DNA of 57,107 nt, from the IMG/VR virus record IMGVR_UViG_3300021407_000002, positions 1 through 57,107 of that record, one strand, 5' to 3'. This DNA is from a virus (taxonomy: Duplodnaviria > Caudoviricetes). Position numbers and translations under genes: made by a program. The notes under the pieces are model-generated. The model was given only the letters and a program-made list of their open reading frames with translations. It was not told where the DNA came from and made no database searches. The stretch's first letter is position 1, and every line of letters starts with the position of its first letter. Below, piece after piece: positions 28,159 through 37,505 of this stretch.

Positions 28159-28355
28159 GCTGCGGCCTGCGGAACGGGTGGCAAGTCCCAGCACTCAAGC
28201 ACGTCATCCATCGGAATGTGCCGATAAGTATGCCGCAGCCGCAAATACGGTCTATCCGACGCTTGCGGCGCCGTGACGACCCAGCCGTATTTGCGCGTGA
28301 ATACCAGCAACGGGCGCTCAGGGAAGCCGGTCGTGGTATCGAGCGGACCGGTCAT
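28155..28355 (-). CDS. Hypothetical protein
   Basis: ATGA-coupled at both ends. Confidence 0.55.
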   Translation of the reverse strand: MTGPLDTTTGFPERPLLVFTRKYGWVVTAPQASDRPYLRLRHTYRHIPMDDVLECWDLPPVPQAAA

Positions 28356-28603
28356 CGCCGGCTGGTTCCGTTCCAGACGCGACCGGCGTCTAGCTCCTCG
28401 ACCAGGCGGCGGAATGCCGCGTTGGTGCCCTCGCCCTCCCACCAGACGAAGCGTCTGGTCCCGGTGTCGGCGTGCGTCCATTCGCCCAGGGCCGAGCTGA
28501 TGCGAGACGGCTGCAACACGAAGCCTGCCAGCCGCATGTTGTCGCGGAACCTGTCGTCGGGCACGTCGGGGCGGCGTGCCTGGCGGTCGCGGGCGGACAT
28601 CAT
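28352..28603 (-). CDS. Hypothetical protein
   Basis: ATGA-coupled at both ends. Confidence 0.55.
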   Translation of the reverse strand: MMSARDRQARRPDVPDDRFRDNMRLAGFVLQPSRISSALGEWTHADTGTRRFVWWEGEGTNAAFRRLVEELDAGRVWNGTSRR

Positions 28604-28773
28604 CGGCCCACCCCCCGCCACCAGGCCCGCACCCGGCAGCAGAGCGCGCACGGCTTCCGACGTGGTCGGTCCAGCACCCGCTTCGCGCTCAGGGGTGGAG
28701 GGGTTGGGATCGATAGGCGCGGCGGGTGGGTTTGCCGCTGCGGGCGCGGGTCGATTGGAGGGGGCGCGATCAT
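28600..28773 (-). CDS. Hypothetical proline-rich protein
   Basis: ATGA-coupled at both ends. Confidence 0.45.
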   Translation of the reverse strand: MIAPPPIDPRPQRQTHPPRLSIPTPPPLSAKRVLDRPRRKPCALCCRVRAWWRGVGR

Positions 28774-29117
28774 GGTGAGATCGCCACGTATGGCGTGCCC
28801 TGGCCGGCTTCCGGCATCTGCCCGAAAATTTCCTCGACCAACCATTCGCAATGCCGTTCCGCCCAGTCGATCGCTTGCGGGACCGTCAGCGGGGTGAGGG
28901 TCAGAGCGTCAACGTCGCCCAGCTCGTTGTAATCCACGCGGAAGTAAGCGCCGAACACATTGACCATTAGCACCGAGCCGATATCAAACGGCGGTGCTTC
29001 GCCCATCTGGACCTCGGCCGATTCGCATAGGTTCCAGTGATGCAGCACGCTCGCGGTCGTGCTGTCATAGGCCACACCACCAATGCGGCGGCGGATCGCC
29101 GGAACGGGGCGGCTCAT
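28770..29117 (-). CDS. Hypothetical protein
   Basis: AAGGA upstream; IGGVAYDSTTA; coupled. Confidence 0.6.
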   Translation of the reverse strand: MSRPVPAIRRRIGGVAYDSTTASVLHHWNLCESAEVQMGEAPPFDIGSVLMVNVFGAYFRVDYNELGDVDALTLTPLTVPQAIDWAERHCEWLVEEIFGQMPEAGQGTPYVAISP

Positions 29118-29587
29118 GCGCGTTTCCTTCCGTTTGGTAAAGGATTGTGTTGGTCGAGCAACTCGGCCGACAGGTAGCTCGGCCGGGGCGGGCGCGGCGG
29201 TTCCCAAGCAGGCTCGGAGCTGCGCATCGCGGCCGAGGTCTCACGCACGATGCCGTGGATCCGTTCAAGCTGCTCGGGGGTCGGCGGTGGAGGTTCAGGC
29301 TCGGGCGGTGGCGGCGCGATGGCGACCGGGCGCGGGCGGTTGTCATGCCACCAGTCCGACAGGTAGCCGCACAGCTCGCCATAGGTGGGAAAGTATTTGC
29401 ACTGGCGCGCCACGTAGCTCAGCGAGTCAGGGGTGAACGCCTCATCGGTGAATTCCCGCATCAGCATAGGAACAAAAGCCGACAGCTTCATCTCGGCTTC
29501 CTGCCGGGAGATGCTAACCGCCGCGAGCACGCCCAGCGATACTAACCACTCGCGCACCACCCGGACGTGTATCGACTGCTGCGGCAT
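29114..29587 (-). CDS. Putative helicase loader/inhibitor
   Basis: CKYFPTYGEL motif; directly follows replication initiator. Confidence 0.55.
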   Translation of the reverse strand: MPQQSIHVRVVREWLVSLGVLAAVSISRQEAEMKLSAFVPMLMREFTDEAFTPDSLSYVARQCKYFPTYGELCGYLSDWWHDNRPRPVAIAPPPPEPEPPPPTPEQLERIHGIVRETSAAMRSSEPAWEPPRPPRPSYLSAELLDQHNPLPNGRKRA

Positions 29588-30167
29588 CGGTGTGGTCCCT
29601 CATGTCGGTTGCGATCTCGCTCATCCCGTTACGATAAACCGGCGCGCGCGCCCCCCGCTGGCGGGGGGCACCGGGGGGTGGTGCTTCTACTTCTGCTTTT
29701 GCATCTGCTTCTGCCTCTATCTTATCCACCCGCTTAACCGGCTGCTTATCCACGCCATTGCCGGAAGGCGGCTCCGGATTCTGGACTCTACCGAGGGCCG
29801 GATTCCCGCCCAGCGAACCGGCCCGCGTTTTGGTAGCGTGCTCGGACCAGTCTCGGACCATACGTCGACTCAGGATGGCTCCGGCCCCGGTCTGGCCCGG
29901 GGCTGGGTCGGCCCTGGATAGGACCCCGTTGCGTTCCAACTCGTCGACCAAATGGGCGACTTGGCTCGATGGCGCACCGACTATTCGGGCGAGTTGCGGG
30001 ATGCTCGGCGGCCTGCCGGCGACCAGGACGTGACCATACGGATCGGCGTTGGCGGCGATGCAAAGCATCCGCATCCAAAGACCCTGCGCCGCCAAGCTGC
30101 ATAAGCGGAGCGCGGGATCATTTTCCCAATCGCCCCACCACAGCTTCGACCAGCGAAGCTTGCTCAT
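29514..30167 (-). CDS. Replication initiator (N-terminal winged helix)
   Basis: DWENDPALRLCSLAAQGLWMRMLC..ELERNGVLS..ILSRRMVRD. Confidence 0.75.
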   Translation of the reverse strand: MSKLRWSKLWWGDWENDPALRLCSLAAQGLWMRMLCIAANADPYGHVLVAGRPPSIPQLARIVGAPSSQVAHLVDELERNGVLSRADPAPGQTGAGAILSRRMVRDWSEHATKTRAGSLGGNPALGRVQNPEPPSGNGVDKQPVKRVDKIEAEADAKAEVEAPPPGAPRQRGARAPVYRNGMSEIATDMRDHTDAAAVDTRPGGARVVSIAGRARGG

Positions 30168-30195
30168 GGCGGGCGCCCCCCTGACGCTCCGCGCG

Positions 30196-31011
30196 TCACA
30201 CCTTTTGCAGTCGGACTAGTGCTCGCGCACCCGCAATCTCCGCTTCGATCTCTTGAACGGTCACCACCTTGATTCCGTTCGCGCTGAACATCTTGCGCAG
30301 ATCGGGAAATGAAACGGCGCGGCCGGCGTAGCTGCCGACGACCAGCACGCTCGCCCGCAGCCGCGCCATCTGACGCATAACGCTCGGGAAGTCGTCACCG
30401 AGCGATGGCTTGATCTCGACGAACGTAGCGGTTTCACTATAAAAACGTCTATCGTATTTTTGTTCGCCTTCGGTCGCAGTAAAGTCCCACGTCATGGCAA
30501 CATCCACGCCGCTTTGCTCGAAAGCTGCGCCAGTGTTTAGTGCGAGTAATGTCGGCTCGTCGAGCTTGCGTTGCTGAGCCTGTATTAGGGCGACGAGCTG
30601 TGCCTCTTTTGTTTGGTTATCGAAACCCTTATCCCATTGACTGCGATAGCGGACCTGCTCTAGGTCGCCCCGATGCATCTTTATCCAATCCGATGCATTC
30701 TCCCGATAGCGAGCTGCGTAGTCTTTACGTGCCGAACTCAGCCTTTCGGCACCCGCGATGCATTGCAGGAACGCCGCACGGAACACCGGGTCGAGGAACC
30801 GAGCCTGGATCGCATTATGTTCCGGCGTGTCATCGGTCCCTGCGCCGCGCGCGACAATCGCGGCGTGCAGTTCCGCGAAGCGTTCTGCTAGCCAGCCCTG
30901 CCCGAGCAACCATTGCGCATAGGCGGGGTCTTGTTCCAACAACTCGGCGACAGTCGCACCTTTGTGTTTTCCAAACGGAATGACGATCGCGCTCGGTTCC
31001 TTGTCGCTCAT
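30196..31011 (-). CDS. ExoX-C-like domain plus putative PD-(D/E)XK nuclease-fold protein
   Basis: IPFGKHKG..DPAYAQWL N-terminus; GVDV..VEIKPSLGDDFPSVMRQM C-terminus. Confidence 0.55.
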   Translation of the reverse strand: MSDKEPSAIVIPFGKHKGATVAELLEQDPAYAQWLLGQGWLAERFAELHAAIVARGAGTDDTPEHNAIQARFLDPVFRAAFLQCIAGAERLSSARKDYAARYRENASDWIKMHRGDLEQVRYRSQWDKGFDNQTKEAQLVALIQAQQRKLDEPTLLALNTGAAFEQSGVDVAMTWDFTATEGEQKYDRRFYSETATFVEIKPSLGDDFPSVMRQMARLRASVLVVGSYAGRAVSFPDLRKMFSANGIKVVTVQEIEAEIAGARALVRLQKV

Positions 31012-31169
31012 GTTTCCACCCTCCATCTCGGCCGGAACAGATCGCCCTGCCTGGGATCGGGCATGCCGCGCTCGATCGCGCGCAGCGGGTCAAGCTCGGT
31101 CAGAGCCGCGACGCCTTTCCGATACGGCCGGCAGTTGGTGCAGAACTTCGCCCATCGCAACTTGCTCAC
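31008..31169 (-). CDS. 53-aa chimeric ORF
   Basis: MSKLRWAKFCTNCRPYRKGVAALTELDPLRAIERGMPDPRQGDLFRPRWRVET; GTG with GGGGG upstream; ATGA overlap downstream. Confidence 0.55.
   Translation of the reverse strand: MSKLRWAKFCTNCRPYRKGVAALTELDPLRAIERGMPDPRQGDLFRPRWRVET
31108..31152. repeat. 45-bp direct repeat, copy 1
   Basis: 43/45 identical to 33666-33710. Confidence 0.9.
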
Positions 31170-31192
31170 GTCGCCCCCGGCAAGCACGAACG

Positions 31193-32260
31193 TTAATGCA
31201 ATGATTGCTTGGGCGCCGTCGTCCCCTCAGCTTTCGCTTTATCGGCTACCTCCAACAGCAACCCGATATCCACTTCGCGCAGGCGGTTGACGATGAGGTA
31301 TGCCCGCTCGCCGAATTCCTCGATCAGCCAAAGCCAATAATTCGCCGTAGTCTCGCGGCGGTGATCGATTAGTGGAATCTGGCGCGGCGGTGCTGCCGCT
31401 GCCACCTGCTCGGCGACCGTGGCCTTGTCCAGGCGCTTGCGTTCTTGCTTCGCTATCAGCTTTTTGGCCTCGGATCGCAGCGCTTTCACTTGTAGCTCTG
31501 CGGTGTCATGGGCTGCGGCGAAGCGCAGCGAGTGGTGGCGATTGGCGAGGCCAAGATTGATCGCTTCCTGCTTGGCCCGCTCGCTTAGCTTGTCGATCAT
31601 CTTGGCGGTGCCGACCGTTGGATGACTCACCCCCATCTCGCGCGCAGCCGCACGGTTGCCTCCAGTCCTGCCGCGCCCTCCTGCGGTATAAACTGGTAAA
31701 CCATTTTCCAGTTTATACCCCTTGTTCGCCTGCCATTTCGCCACCTTCGCCTTGTGGCACTCATAGCAGGTGGTGTTCGACACATAGCGTTTGCCGTCAT
31801 GCCCGTTCACGCACTGCTCGGCTGGATAGTAGAAGGTTTCCCCGGCTGCCTTTGCTTCATCGCGAGTGGCAAAGCGTCGGTCGGGCATAGGTCCGCGCTC
31901 CCGTGCTGCCTGCGCGCGCTGCGCAATCAATCCGGCCCGCGCTGTTATGTGCTGGCTGCGCTCCAACGCAGTGAGGTCGGCACGTTGCAGGTTCTCATCG
32001 ATGGCCCAGATGCGCGCGTCGCGTTCGTTATCGAATATCACCGCATCGATGTGGTCTTCGCGGTTCGCCTTCATCGCGGCAACGCGGTGCTCGCCGGTTA
32101 CCAGGTGCGGCTTGCCATTGACCATGCGCACGGTGATCGGGGTGCGCAGTCCGATCTCCCTAATACTCTCGGCGAGGCTCGCGACGGCGGACGGTTGGAG
32201 CGCCCTAAGGCGCTCCGTTACCAAAACGATATCGCTGATCCTGATACGCGCTGTTTGCAT
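31193..32260 (-). CDS. ParB-family protein with inserted Cys/His motif and HTH
   Basis: LAESIREIGLRTPITV, GEHRVAA, ENLQRADL, AAAREMGVSHPTV. Confidence 0.85.
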   Translation of the reverse strand: MQTARIRISDIVLVTERLRALQPSAVASLAESIREIGLRTPITVRMVNGKPHLVTGEHRVAAMKANREDHIDAVIFDNERDARIWAIDENLQRADLTALERSQHITARAGLIAQRAQAARERGPMPDRRFATRDEAKAAGETFYYPAEQCVNGHDGKRYVSNTTCYECHKAKVAKWQANKGYKLENGLPVYTAGGRGRTGGNRAAAREMGVSHPTVGTAKMIDKLSERAKQEAINLGLANRHHSLRFAAAHDTAELQVKALRSEAKKLIAKQERKRLDKATVAEQVAAAAPPRQIPLIDHRRETTANYWLWLIEEFGERAYLIVNRLREVDIGLLLEVADKAKAEGTTAPKQSLH

Positions 32261-33186
32261 CACACGACCTCCGGAAGCCGCACGGTCGAGTCCCATCTGA
32301 AGTGTCGTGGGTTGCGCCGCTCGATTAAACCATTCCATGCGATGATGATTGCCGCAGCCGCCTTCACGGCGACATCGCGGGTGCTGCGGGCTGTGGCGGC
32401 GCGGAAGTGTTCCCGCACACGTAGCACCGGGCTGCGCGGCGGAAGGTTTGCACCGCTCACCATAGCTTCCCAGAAGGCGTCCAGCCGATCACGCCTCGCG
32501 GTGCCGTGCGCTATGGTCCAGTATGCAAGTCCCGAAGCCGAAGGCGTAACAAACAAGCGCAGCCGCATCCCGGTTTTGATCGCCATATCGAAGTCGGGGT
32601 CGGTGCCGTAAAGCTCATCCAGCCTTTCGGTCAGCTTGTTTCGGTCGAGCGATGCCGGTTCCTGAAGCTCGATGCGGAGGATTAACGCCACCAGGGCTTG
32701 CCCCGCCATGACATTGAGATGGCCATGTTCGCGCGCGATATCGGCGACGCTGCGCGAGATACCCTGGTCGTAATAGTCCCGCTCCGCAGGATCGCAGCCG
32801 AAGCATACGGTAAAGGTGATCACGCATCCGGACAGGATGACCGCGCGCAGTCGGTGCTGGCCGTCGCGCATCACACCCTCGATGTCGAAACAGATCGGGT
32901 GCGGGACCTTCGCTCTATAGCGATTTTCCAACATAGCGCGGGCCATGATCTTTGCTCGTGTCTCACGCAACGGGCGGTTATTAAAATTGCGGTCGAGCAT
33001 TGCCTGCGCCATCTCAGGCCCGATACTTATTTCGAGGTAGACGTGACCGACGATAGTGTACTGCGCGAGAATGGCTGCAAGCTGGTTGACAGCCGAAGCC
33101 TGCGTGCCAGTGGTCGGCAGCTCACGCGGCGCGATCGGCACTGCGTGCGCACTTTTGGTATCGCGTTTCGTCTGCATCTGTGGCAT
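32260..33186 (-). CDS. ParB-like (DGQHR) domain protein
   Basis: NFNNRPL..PICFDIEGVMRDGQHRLRAV. Confidence 0.75.
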   Translation of the reverse strand: MPQMQTKRDTKSAHAVPIAPRELPTTGTQASAVNQLAAILAQYTIVGHVYLEISIGPEMAQAMLDRNFNNRPLRETRAKIMARAMLENRYRAKVPHPICFDIEGVMRDGQHRLRAVILSGCVITFTVCFGCDPAERDYYDQGISRSVADIAREHGHLNVMAGQALVALILRIELQEPASLDRNKLTERLDELYGTDPDFDMAIKTGMRLRLFVTPSASGLAYWTIAHGTARRDRLDAFWEAMVSGANLPPRSPVLRVREHFRAATARSTRDVAVKAAAAIIIAWNGLIERRNPRHFRWDSTVRLPEVV

Positions 33187-33215
33187 GGTCTCATCCTTCT
33201 TTATGTTGACGTGAA

Positions 33216-33632
33216 CTATCGAGCCGGGGGGCGGTGTGAAGCGCCCTCCGGCTCCCTTGTTTCAGGCGCTCGTGCCGCCTGAACCTCGATGCCGGCACGT
33301 CGCAGCGCCGGTATGCAAGCAGCGCGGACGCGGCTATTTGGCCCGCCCGGCCCATAGTTGGCAGTGAGGTAGTGCAGCAACCTTGCTTGTATCTTCTCGG
33401 TAAGGCCGCAGCACAACGTCGCGGGATCGGTATTGGCGACCAGCCAATTTTCCAATCCGCCCCAGCCTCCCAAAACGCCCGCTGGCCCGGGTTCGTTGTG
33501 CTTCATAGTGCGCGCTTCATGCGGCAGGAAATGGAGCACGATCCCCGGTTTCGCGCGGCTGGGCTTGCGGTTTGCTCTGCGTGCTCGCCGAGCGCCCGGT
33601 ATCAGTGGAATGCCTGGCAGTTGATCGTTCAT
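33216..33632 (-). CDS. Hypothetical protein
   Basis: GGAGG upstream; ATGA overlap. Confidence 0.55.
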   Translation of the reverse strand: MNDQLPGIPLIPGARRARRANRKPSRAKPGIVLHFLPHEARTMKHNEPGPAGVLGGWGGLENWLVANTDPATLCCGLTEKIQARLLHYLTANYGPGGPNSRVRAACIPALRRAGIEVQAARAPETREPEGASHRPPAR

Positions 33633-33880
33633 GCTATCCCCCTCCGTTCAAGTGCCTTTCGAGCGGCGACGCCTTTCCGATACGGACGGCAGTTGGTGCA
33701 GAACATCGCCGGCCGGCCGCCTTCGGGACTGCGCGCAAGCCGTGTTCGGCAGATCACGCAATAAAGCGGAAGCGCCCGCCAGGCGCGTGATTGGCAGGTG
33801 TCACAGCGTATCCTCGGCCGCCCGCGTTGCACCTTGTGGATAAGTTGCCGCCGGCAGTCGATGCAGTGGCGCGGCTTCAT
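33629..33880 (-). CDS. Zinc-ribbon protein (four CxxC)
   Basis: CIDC, CDTC, CVIC, CTNC. Confidence 0.65.
   Translation of the reverse strand: MKPRHCIDCRRQLIHKVQRGRPRIRCDTCQSRAWRALPLYCVICRTRLARSPEGGRPAMFCTNCRPYRKGVAARKALERRGIA
33666..33710. repeat. 45-bp direct repeat, copy 2
   Basis: 43/45 identical to 31108-31152. Confidence 0.9.
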
Positions 33881-34308
33881 GCTGCCTCGATCACGCGCCG
33901 GGCGCGCGGTATCTGCCATTGATCAATACAGGCCAGCACTTCTGTCGCATCGCGCGCCACCCCGACGCGGCCACCGGCCACCAGCACAGCAGCAGCCACC
34001 GACTGCTGAGCTGCGGACAGCTCACCGTCGTCGGCCTTGATCTCGACGAGGTGGGCGAGGCCGCGGAACAGGATGAACGTGTCGGGAATGCCGGCGATGA
34101 TCCCGCGCCCGATCCGCACGCCAGGCACCTCGCCCGCGTAGTTTGCATGATCGATGCTCCACCAGACCACGCCAGCTCTGCTGACCTTGCCTGGTGGCGC
34201 GATCTCAATCCGCAATACGTCGGCTATCTGCTTCTGCAGCGGGTGCTCGCGCACCACCGGAGGGGTTAACGTGAATCGACGCGCGCTCGGGCTGACCGCG
34301 CGCGGCAC
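33877..34308 (-). CDS. VRR-NUC family nuclease
   Basis: EHPLQ..GIPD..VEIK..GELSAAQ. Confidence 0.85.
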   Translation of the reverse strand: MPRAVSPSARRFTLTPPVVREHPLQKQIADVLRIEIAPPGKVSRAGVVWWSIDHANYAGEVPGVRIGRGIIAGIPDTFILFRGLAHLVEIKADDGELSAAQQSVAAAVLVAGGRVGVARDATEVLACIDQWQIPRARRVIEAA

Positions 34309-34310
34309 GG

Positions 34311-34577
34311 CTAGGATGCCTGGGCTTGCTGCTGGTCCTTACTGCGGCGCGGCCGGTATTCAGGCCCATGCAGGGGCGAGGTAGCGGCCAGGCGGTCGAC
34401 GCTGGTGGCGATGCCATGCTGCGCCGCGATGCGCGCGACCTTGGGCCACATATGGCTCGGGATGCCCGACCGTTTCCAATGGCTGATGGTCGAGAAGTCG
34501 CGCCCGACTGCCTTCGCGAGCGGCTCATTGCCGCCGAGCTTGGTCACCAGCCGCGCGATCAGTTTCATGTGGTGCAT
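34311..34577 (-). CDS. Cro-like HTH regulator
   Basis: LGGNEPLAKAVGRDFSTISHWKRSGIPSHMW; divergent from repressor. Confidence 0.8.
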   Translation of the reverse strand: MHHMKLIARLVTKLGGNEPLAKAVGRDFSTISHWKRSGIPSHMWPKVARIAAQHGIATSVDRLAATSPLHGPEYRPRRSKDQQQAQAS

Positions 34578-34599
34578 GACGGATGAGCCTAACGCCGGC

Positions 34600-34616
34600 A
34601 TTGCACCGGGTGCAAG
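34600..34616. promoter_or_regulatory. Putative repressor operator
   Basis: ATTGCA-CCGGG-TGCAAG in cro-cI gap. Confidence 0.65.
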
Positions 34617-34659
34617 CCCTGGCTTGACAGCAAGCATGGTTGATGCGTTTGTGTTGCAA

Positions 34660-34676
34660 CTTGCAAGCACCGCAAG
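34660..34676. promoter_or_regulatory. Putative repressor operator
   Basis: CTTGCA-AGCAC-CGCAAG in cro-cI gap. Confidence 0.55.
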
Positions 34677-34743
34677 CATTAAGCTGGAAAATACGCCGTC
34701 ATTCCCGTATGTTGCTAACGGTTGTTCCTTGGGGTTCTCGCAA

Positions 34744-35178
34744 ATGCCTCGACCACGTGCCTCCTACGCCCGACAGATATCAGAAGATATGCGCGCCGAG
34801 GTGGGCGATCGGCTGCGCTGGGTGCGTGAAGCCTTCGAGGCCCGCCAGCCAGGCCAGCACACACAAGCAGCATGGGCGGTGAACTTTGGCGTCAGCGCGG
34901 CATCATTCTCGCGCTGGGAAAGCGGGAAACTGTTACCTAATCTCGATGCCCTATACCGCCTGGTCTACCTGACAGGCTGTGATTTTAACTATGTGTTTTT
35001 CGGGGTGCTTTCCGGGCAGATTGTGCCATGGCTGCGTGACGAACTCGCGCGAGCGCATCCTGAACTGCATCACGAAGCGGAATTTTTCCTCGTGCGGGAT
35101 CGAACTGCCGGAATGCGGCCAAGACATCATGGGCGGAATTCGACGCGGCGTGCTGATCCGAGGAAGTCGAAACCTTGA
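34744..35178 (+). CDS. CI-like XRE repressor (no peptidase domain)
   Basis: VGDRLRWVRE..TQAAWA..FSRWESGKLLP..DFNYVFFG. Confidence 0.8.
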   Translation: MPRPRASYARQISEDMRAEVGDRLRWVREAFEARQPGQHTQAAWAVNFGVSAASFSRWESGKLLPNLDALYRLVYLTGCDFNYVFFGVLSGQIVPWLRDELARAHPELHHEAEFFLVRDRTAGMRPRHHGRNSTRRADPRKSKP

Positions 35179-35378
35179 CCCTTGCCATACGTGCCTCCCG
35201 GCACTTCGTTCCGATTTGTCGCCACGATCGCCCGTCACGCGGGACTGACGCGAGCATAACGTAGCGGGTTCCGCGCGGCTGCCAAGTCGGAATAAGTTAT
35301 CCACTTCATTAATAATACAACTCACGTCGAATTGACGGTGTGTTCACACTCGGCAATCGACCGCTTGAAAATTTGCTA

Positions 35379-35395
35379 CTTGCATCGGCTGCAAG
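35379..35395. promoter_or_regulatory. Putative repressor operator
   Basis: CTTGCA-TCGGC-TGCAAG upstream of the recombination operon. Confidence 0.7.
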
Positions 35396-35444
35396 TATGT
35401 GCGATCGGTCCGCCCCCACGTATGCGCACTTATGCGAGGTTGGG

Positions 35445-36038
35445 ATGAGCGACGAACCACGCGGGCCAGGTCCCAGCACCATCGAACGCGCGGTGGCTGC
35501 CTGGCAGCGTGCTCAGGTTGCCCTGGCAGAAGATCCGGACCTGGCGGCTGATGAGGCGGCAATCCGCAACGCGATCGGCGATGATCCTGGTGCGGTGCAT
35601 CCTGACGATCTCATCCGGCGCATGGTCCGCGTCGCTGCCTTCGCCTCCACCAGGCAGACTGAAGCCAAGCAGTTCATCGCCAGCTTTCGGGCGCGGCACG
35701 AACGCTACGGCAAACGCCTCGCGATGATCCGCAGTGAGCTGTTCGAACTCATGTCAATCATGAAATATAAAAACTTCAAGGCAGCCGAGGCAACCATCTT
35801 CATCGCGCACGGAAGCCCGGCAGTGGTGATCACTGACGAGGCGGCGATCCCCGATCAATACGTGAGAATGACCAGGACCGTCGACCGCGCGGCGCTGCGC
35901 GAAGATTTGAAACAGGGCGTGGTGATCGAGGGTGCCTACCTGTCCAATGCCGCCCCCTCACTTGGCATCCGTGGGCTGACCCCGGTCGCGGACGTGCCGG
36001 GCGAGAGTGCTGAACCGGCCCAGGAAGGGAGCGAATAA
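35445..36038 (+). CDS. Siphovirus Gp157-family protein
   Basis: VVITDEAAIPDQY..DRAALREDLKQGVVIEGAYL. Confidence 0.85.
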   Translation: MSDEPRGPGPSTIERAVAAWQRAQVALAEDPDLAADEAAIRNAIGDDPGAVHPDDLIRRMVRVAAFASTRQTEAKQFIASFRARHERYGKRLAMIRSELFELMSIMKYKNFKAAEATIFIAHGSPAVVITDEAAIPDQYVRMTRTVDRAALREDLKQGVVIEGAYLSNAAPSLGIRGLTPVADVPGESAEPAQEGSE

Positions 36039-37036
36039 TGGCCAGAGCACCAATGGAGATTGCCGTCCGCATTAACAAGCCGTCTGCATTCAACGGCACG
36101 CAGACCGCGTGGAATGTCTTATGTGATTTATACCCAGCGGCCGAGACGCCAGAGATTATTATGGCGGTTATGGAATACTGCACCATGCGAAAGCTCGACC
36201 CGTTCAAGCGCCCGGTGCATATCGTTGCAATGTATAACACGAAGCTGCGCCGTAAGGTGCAGGTCGTCATGCAAGGTATTAACGAGATTGAAATAACCGC
36301 CGCCAGGTCCGGCAAGTGGGCTGGCATGGATGCTCCGGTCTGGGGTCGGGATGTTGAGAGAACATTCCGAGGACAGTTCGAGAACGACGACGGCAGCGTG
36401 CGCGATATCGAGGTAACGCTGACCTATCCGCTGTCATGCAAGGTCACTGTTTACCGCCTGGTCGGGGGCACCCCCCGAGCCTTCACCGAAGAATTGTTTT
36501 GGGACGAGTGCTACGGGCGGGCAGGCTTCCGGTCCGAAGTGCCGAATGCCCGCTGGCAGCAGGCACGCCGACAAATGATCCATAAATGCACCAAGTCGGC
36601 AGTGCTGCGCGCCGCCTTTCCCGAGGATATCACCGAGTATTCCGCTGAGGAAATGGACGGGCACGAGATCGATGCTGGCGGCATCACCATTGACGCAACA
36701 CCCACGCGCCCGCCGACGCCACCCAGGCGTGAGACACCGCAGCACCAGGTCGACGCGATGGACACTGGCGGCCCGGCTGATGAGCCTGACGCACCAGGTG
36801 ATTACCGGATCGCAACCCCGAGCGGTGGTTTCGTCTACGAAGACCCGATCGAGTGGCTCGCAGGCTGGGACAAGCTGCTCGATGAGCTGAAGAACCGGCC
36901 GAATGATCTGCGGGCATTACGAGCCATGAACCGTCGAGAACTGTTTGACGTCGCGGCGGTGAACGAGGGCGCGGCTCAGGATGTTGAGACGCGGCTCGCC
37001 CGTCTGCTCGACCAGCCGCGCGGGGATGCAAGATGA
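36038..37036 (+). CDS. RecT/Bet single-strand annealing protein
   Basis: LDPFKRPVHIV..AARSGKWAG..MIHKC..LRAAFP..YSAEEM. Confidence 0.9.
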   Translation: MARAPMEIAVRINKPSAFNGTQTAWNVLCDLYPAAETPEIIMAVMEYCTMRKLDPFKRPVHIVAMYNTKLRRKVQVVMQGINEIEITAARSGKWAGMDAPVWGRDVERTFRGQFENDDGSVRDIEVTLTYPLSCKVTVYRLVGGTPRAFTEELFWDECYGRAGFRSEVPNARWQQARRQMIHKCTKSAVLRAAFPEDITEYSAEEMDGHEIDAGGITIDATPTRPPTPPRRETPQHQVDAMDTGGPADEPDAPGDYRIATPSGGFVYEDPIEWLAGWDKLLDELKNRPNDLRALRAMNRRELFDVAAVNEGAAQDVETRLARLLDQPRGDAR

Positions 37037-37242
37037 GCAAAGCACCAGACTACGAGTTGGCAACGATCACCCGGATCGTTCATATGCTGGCCGCGCTGAA
37101 ACCATCAGCCAGGCGGCGCGTCATGGCCTATATTTGCGCGCGTATCGATGCCCTGCCTGTAATCGCTGCGGTCGGTGGGGGCGCCGAGGAAGAGCCGAGC
37201 GAGGCCGAGCCGCTGCCCATGTTTCCGCAGGTGGCGGAATGA
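37033..37242 (+). CDS. Hypothetical protein
   Basis: ATGA-coupled. Confidence 0.6.
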   Translation: MSKAPDYELATITRIVHMLAALKPSARRRVMAYICARIDALPVIAAVGGGAEEEPSEAEPLPMFPQVAE

Positions 37243-37505
37243 TTACTGCGCTGCACCCGATCGACGTTGACAGTGACCCGACCGAGACGGTGCGCGTGGA
37301 GCGACTGATCGACAGGCAGACGCTGTGCGACCTGATGGACATCGACCCCGATACGCTGCGCCGATGGATGAGGGCGGGTAAGTTTCCACGGCCGCTGATC
37401 CTCGGCAACCTGCATCGCTGGCGGGCGGCGGATTATAACGCCTGGCTGGCTGACCAGGCGAAGCCGCGCAGCAGTAAACCCTCGACCAGGCGGACCACAC
37501 CATGA
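37239..37505 (+). CDS. AlpA/excisionase-like HTH protein
   Basis: TLRRWMRAGKFPRPLILG..RWRAADYNAWL. Confidence 0.85.
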   Translation: MITALHPIDVDSDPTETVRVERLIDRQTLCDLMDIDPDTLRRWMRAGKFPRPLILGNLHRWRAADYNAWLADQAKPRSSKPSTRRTTP

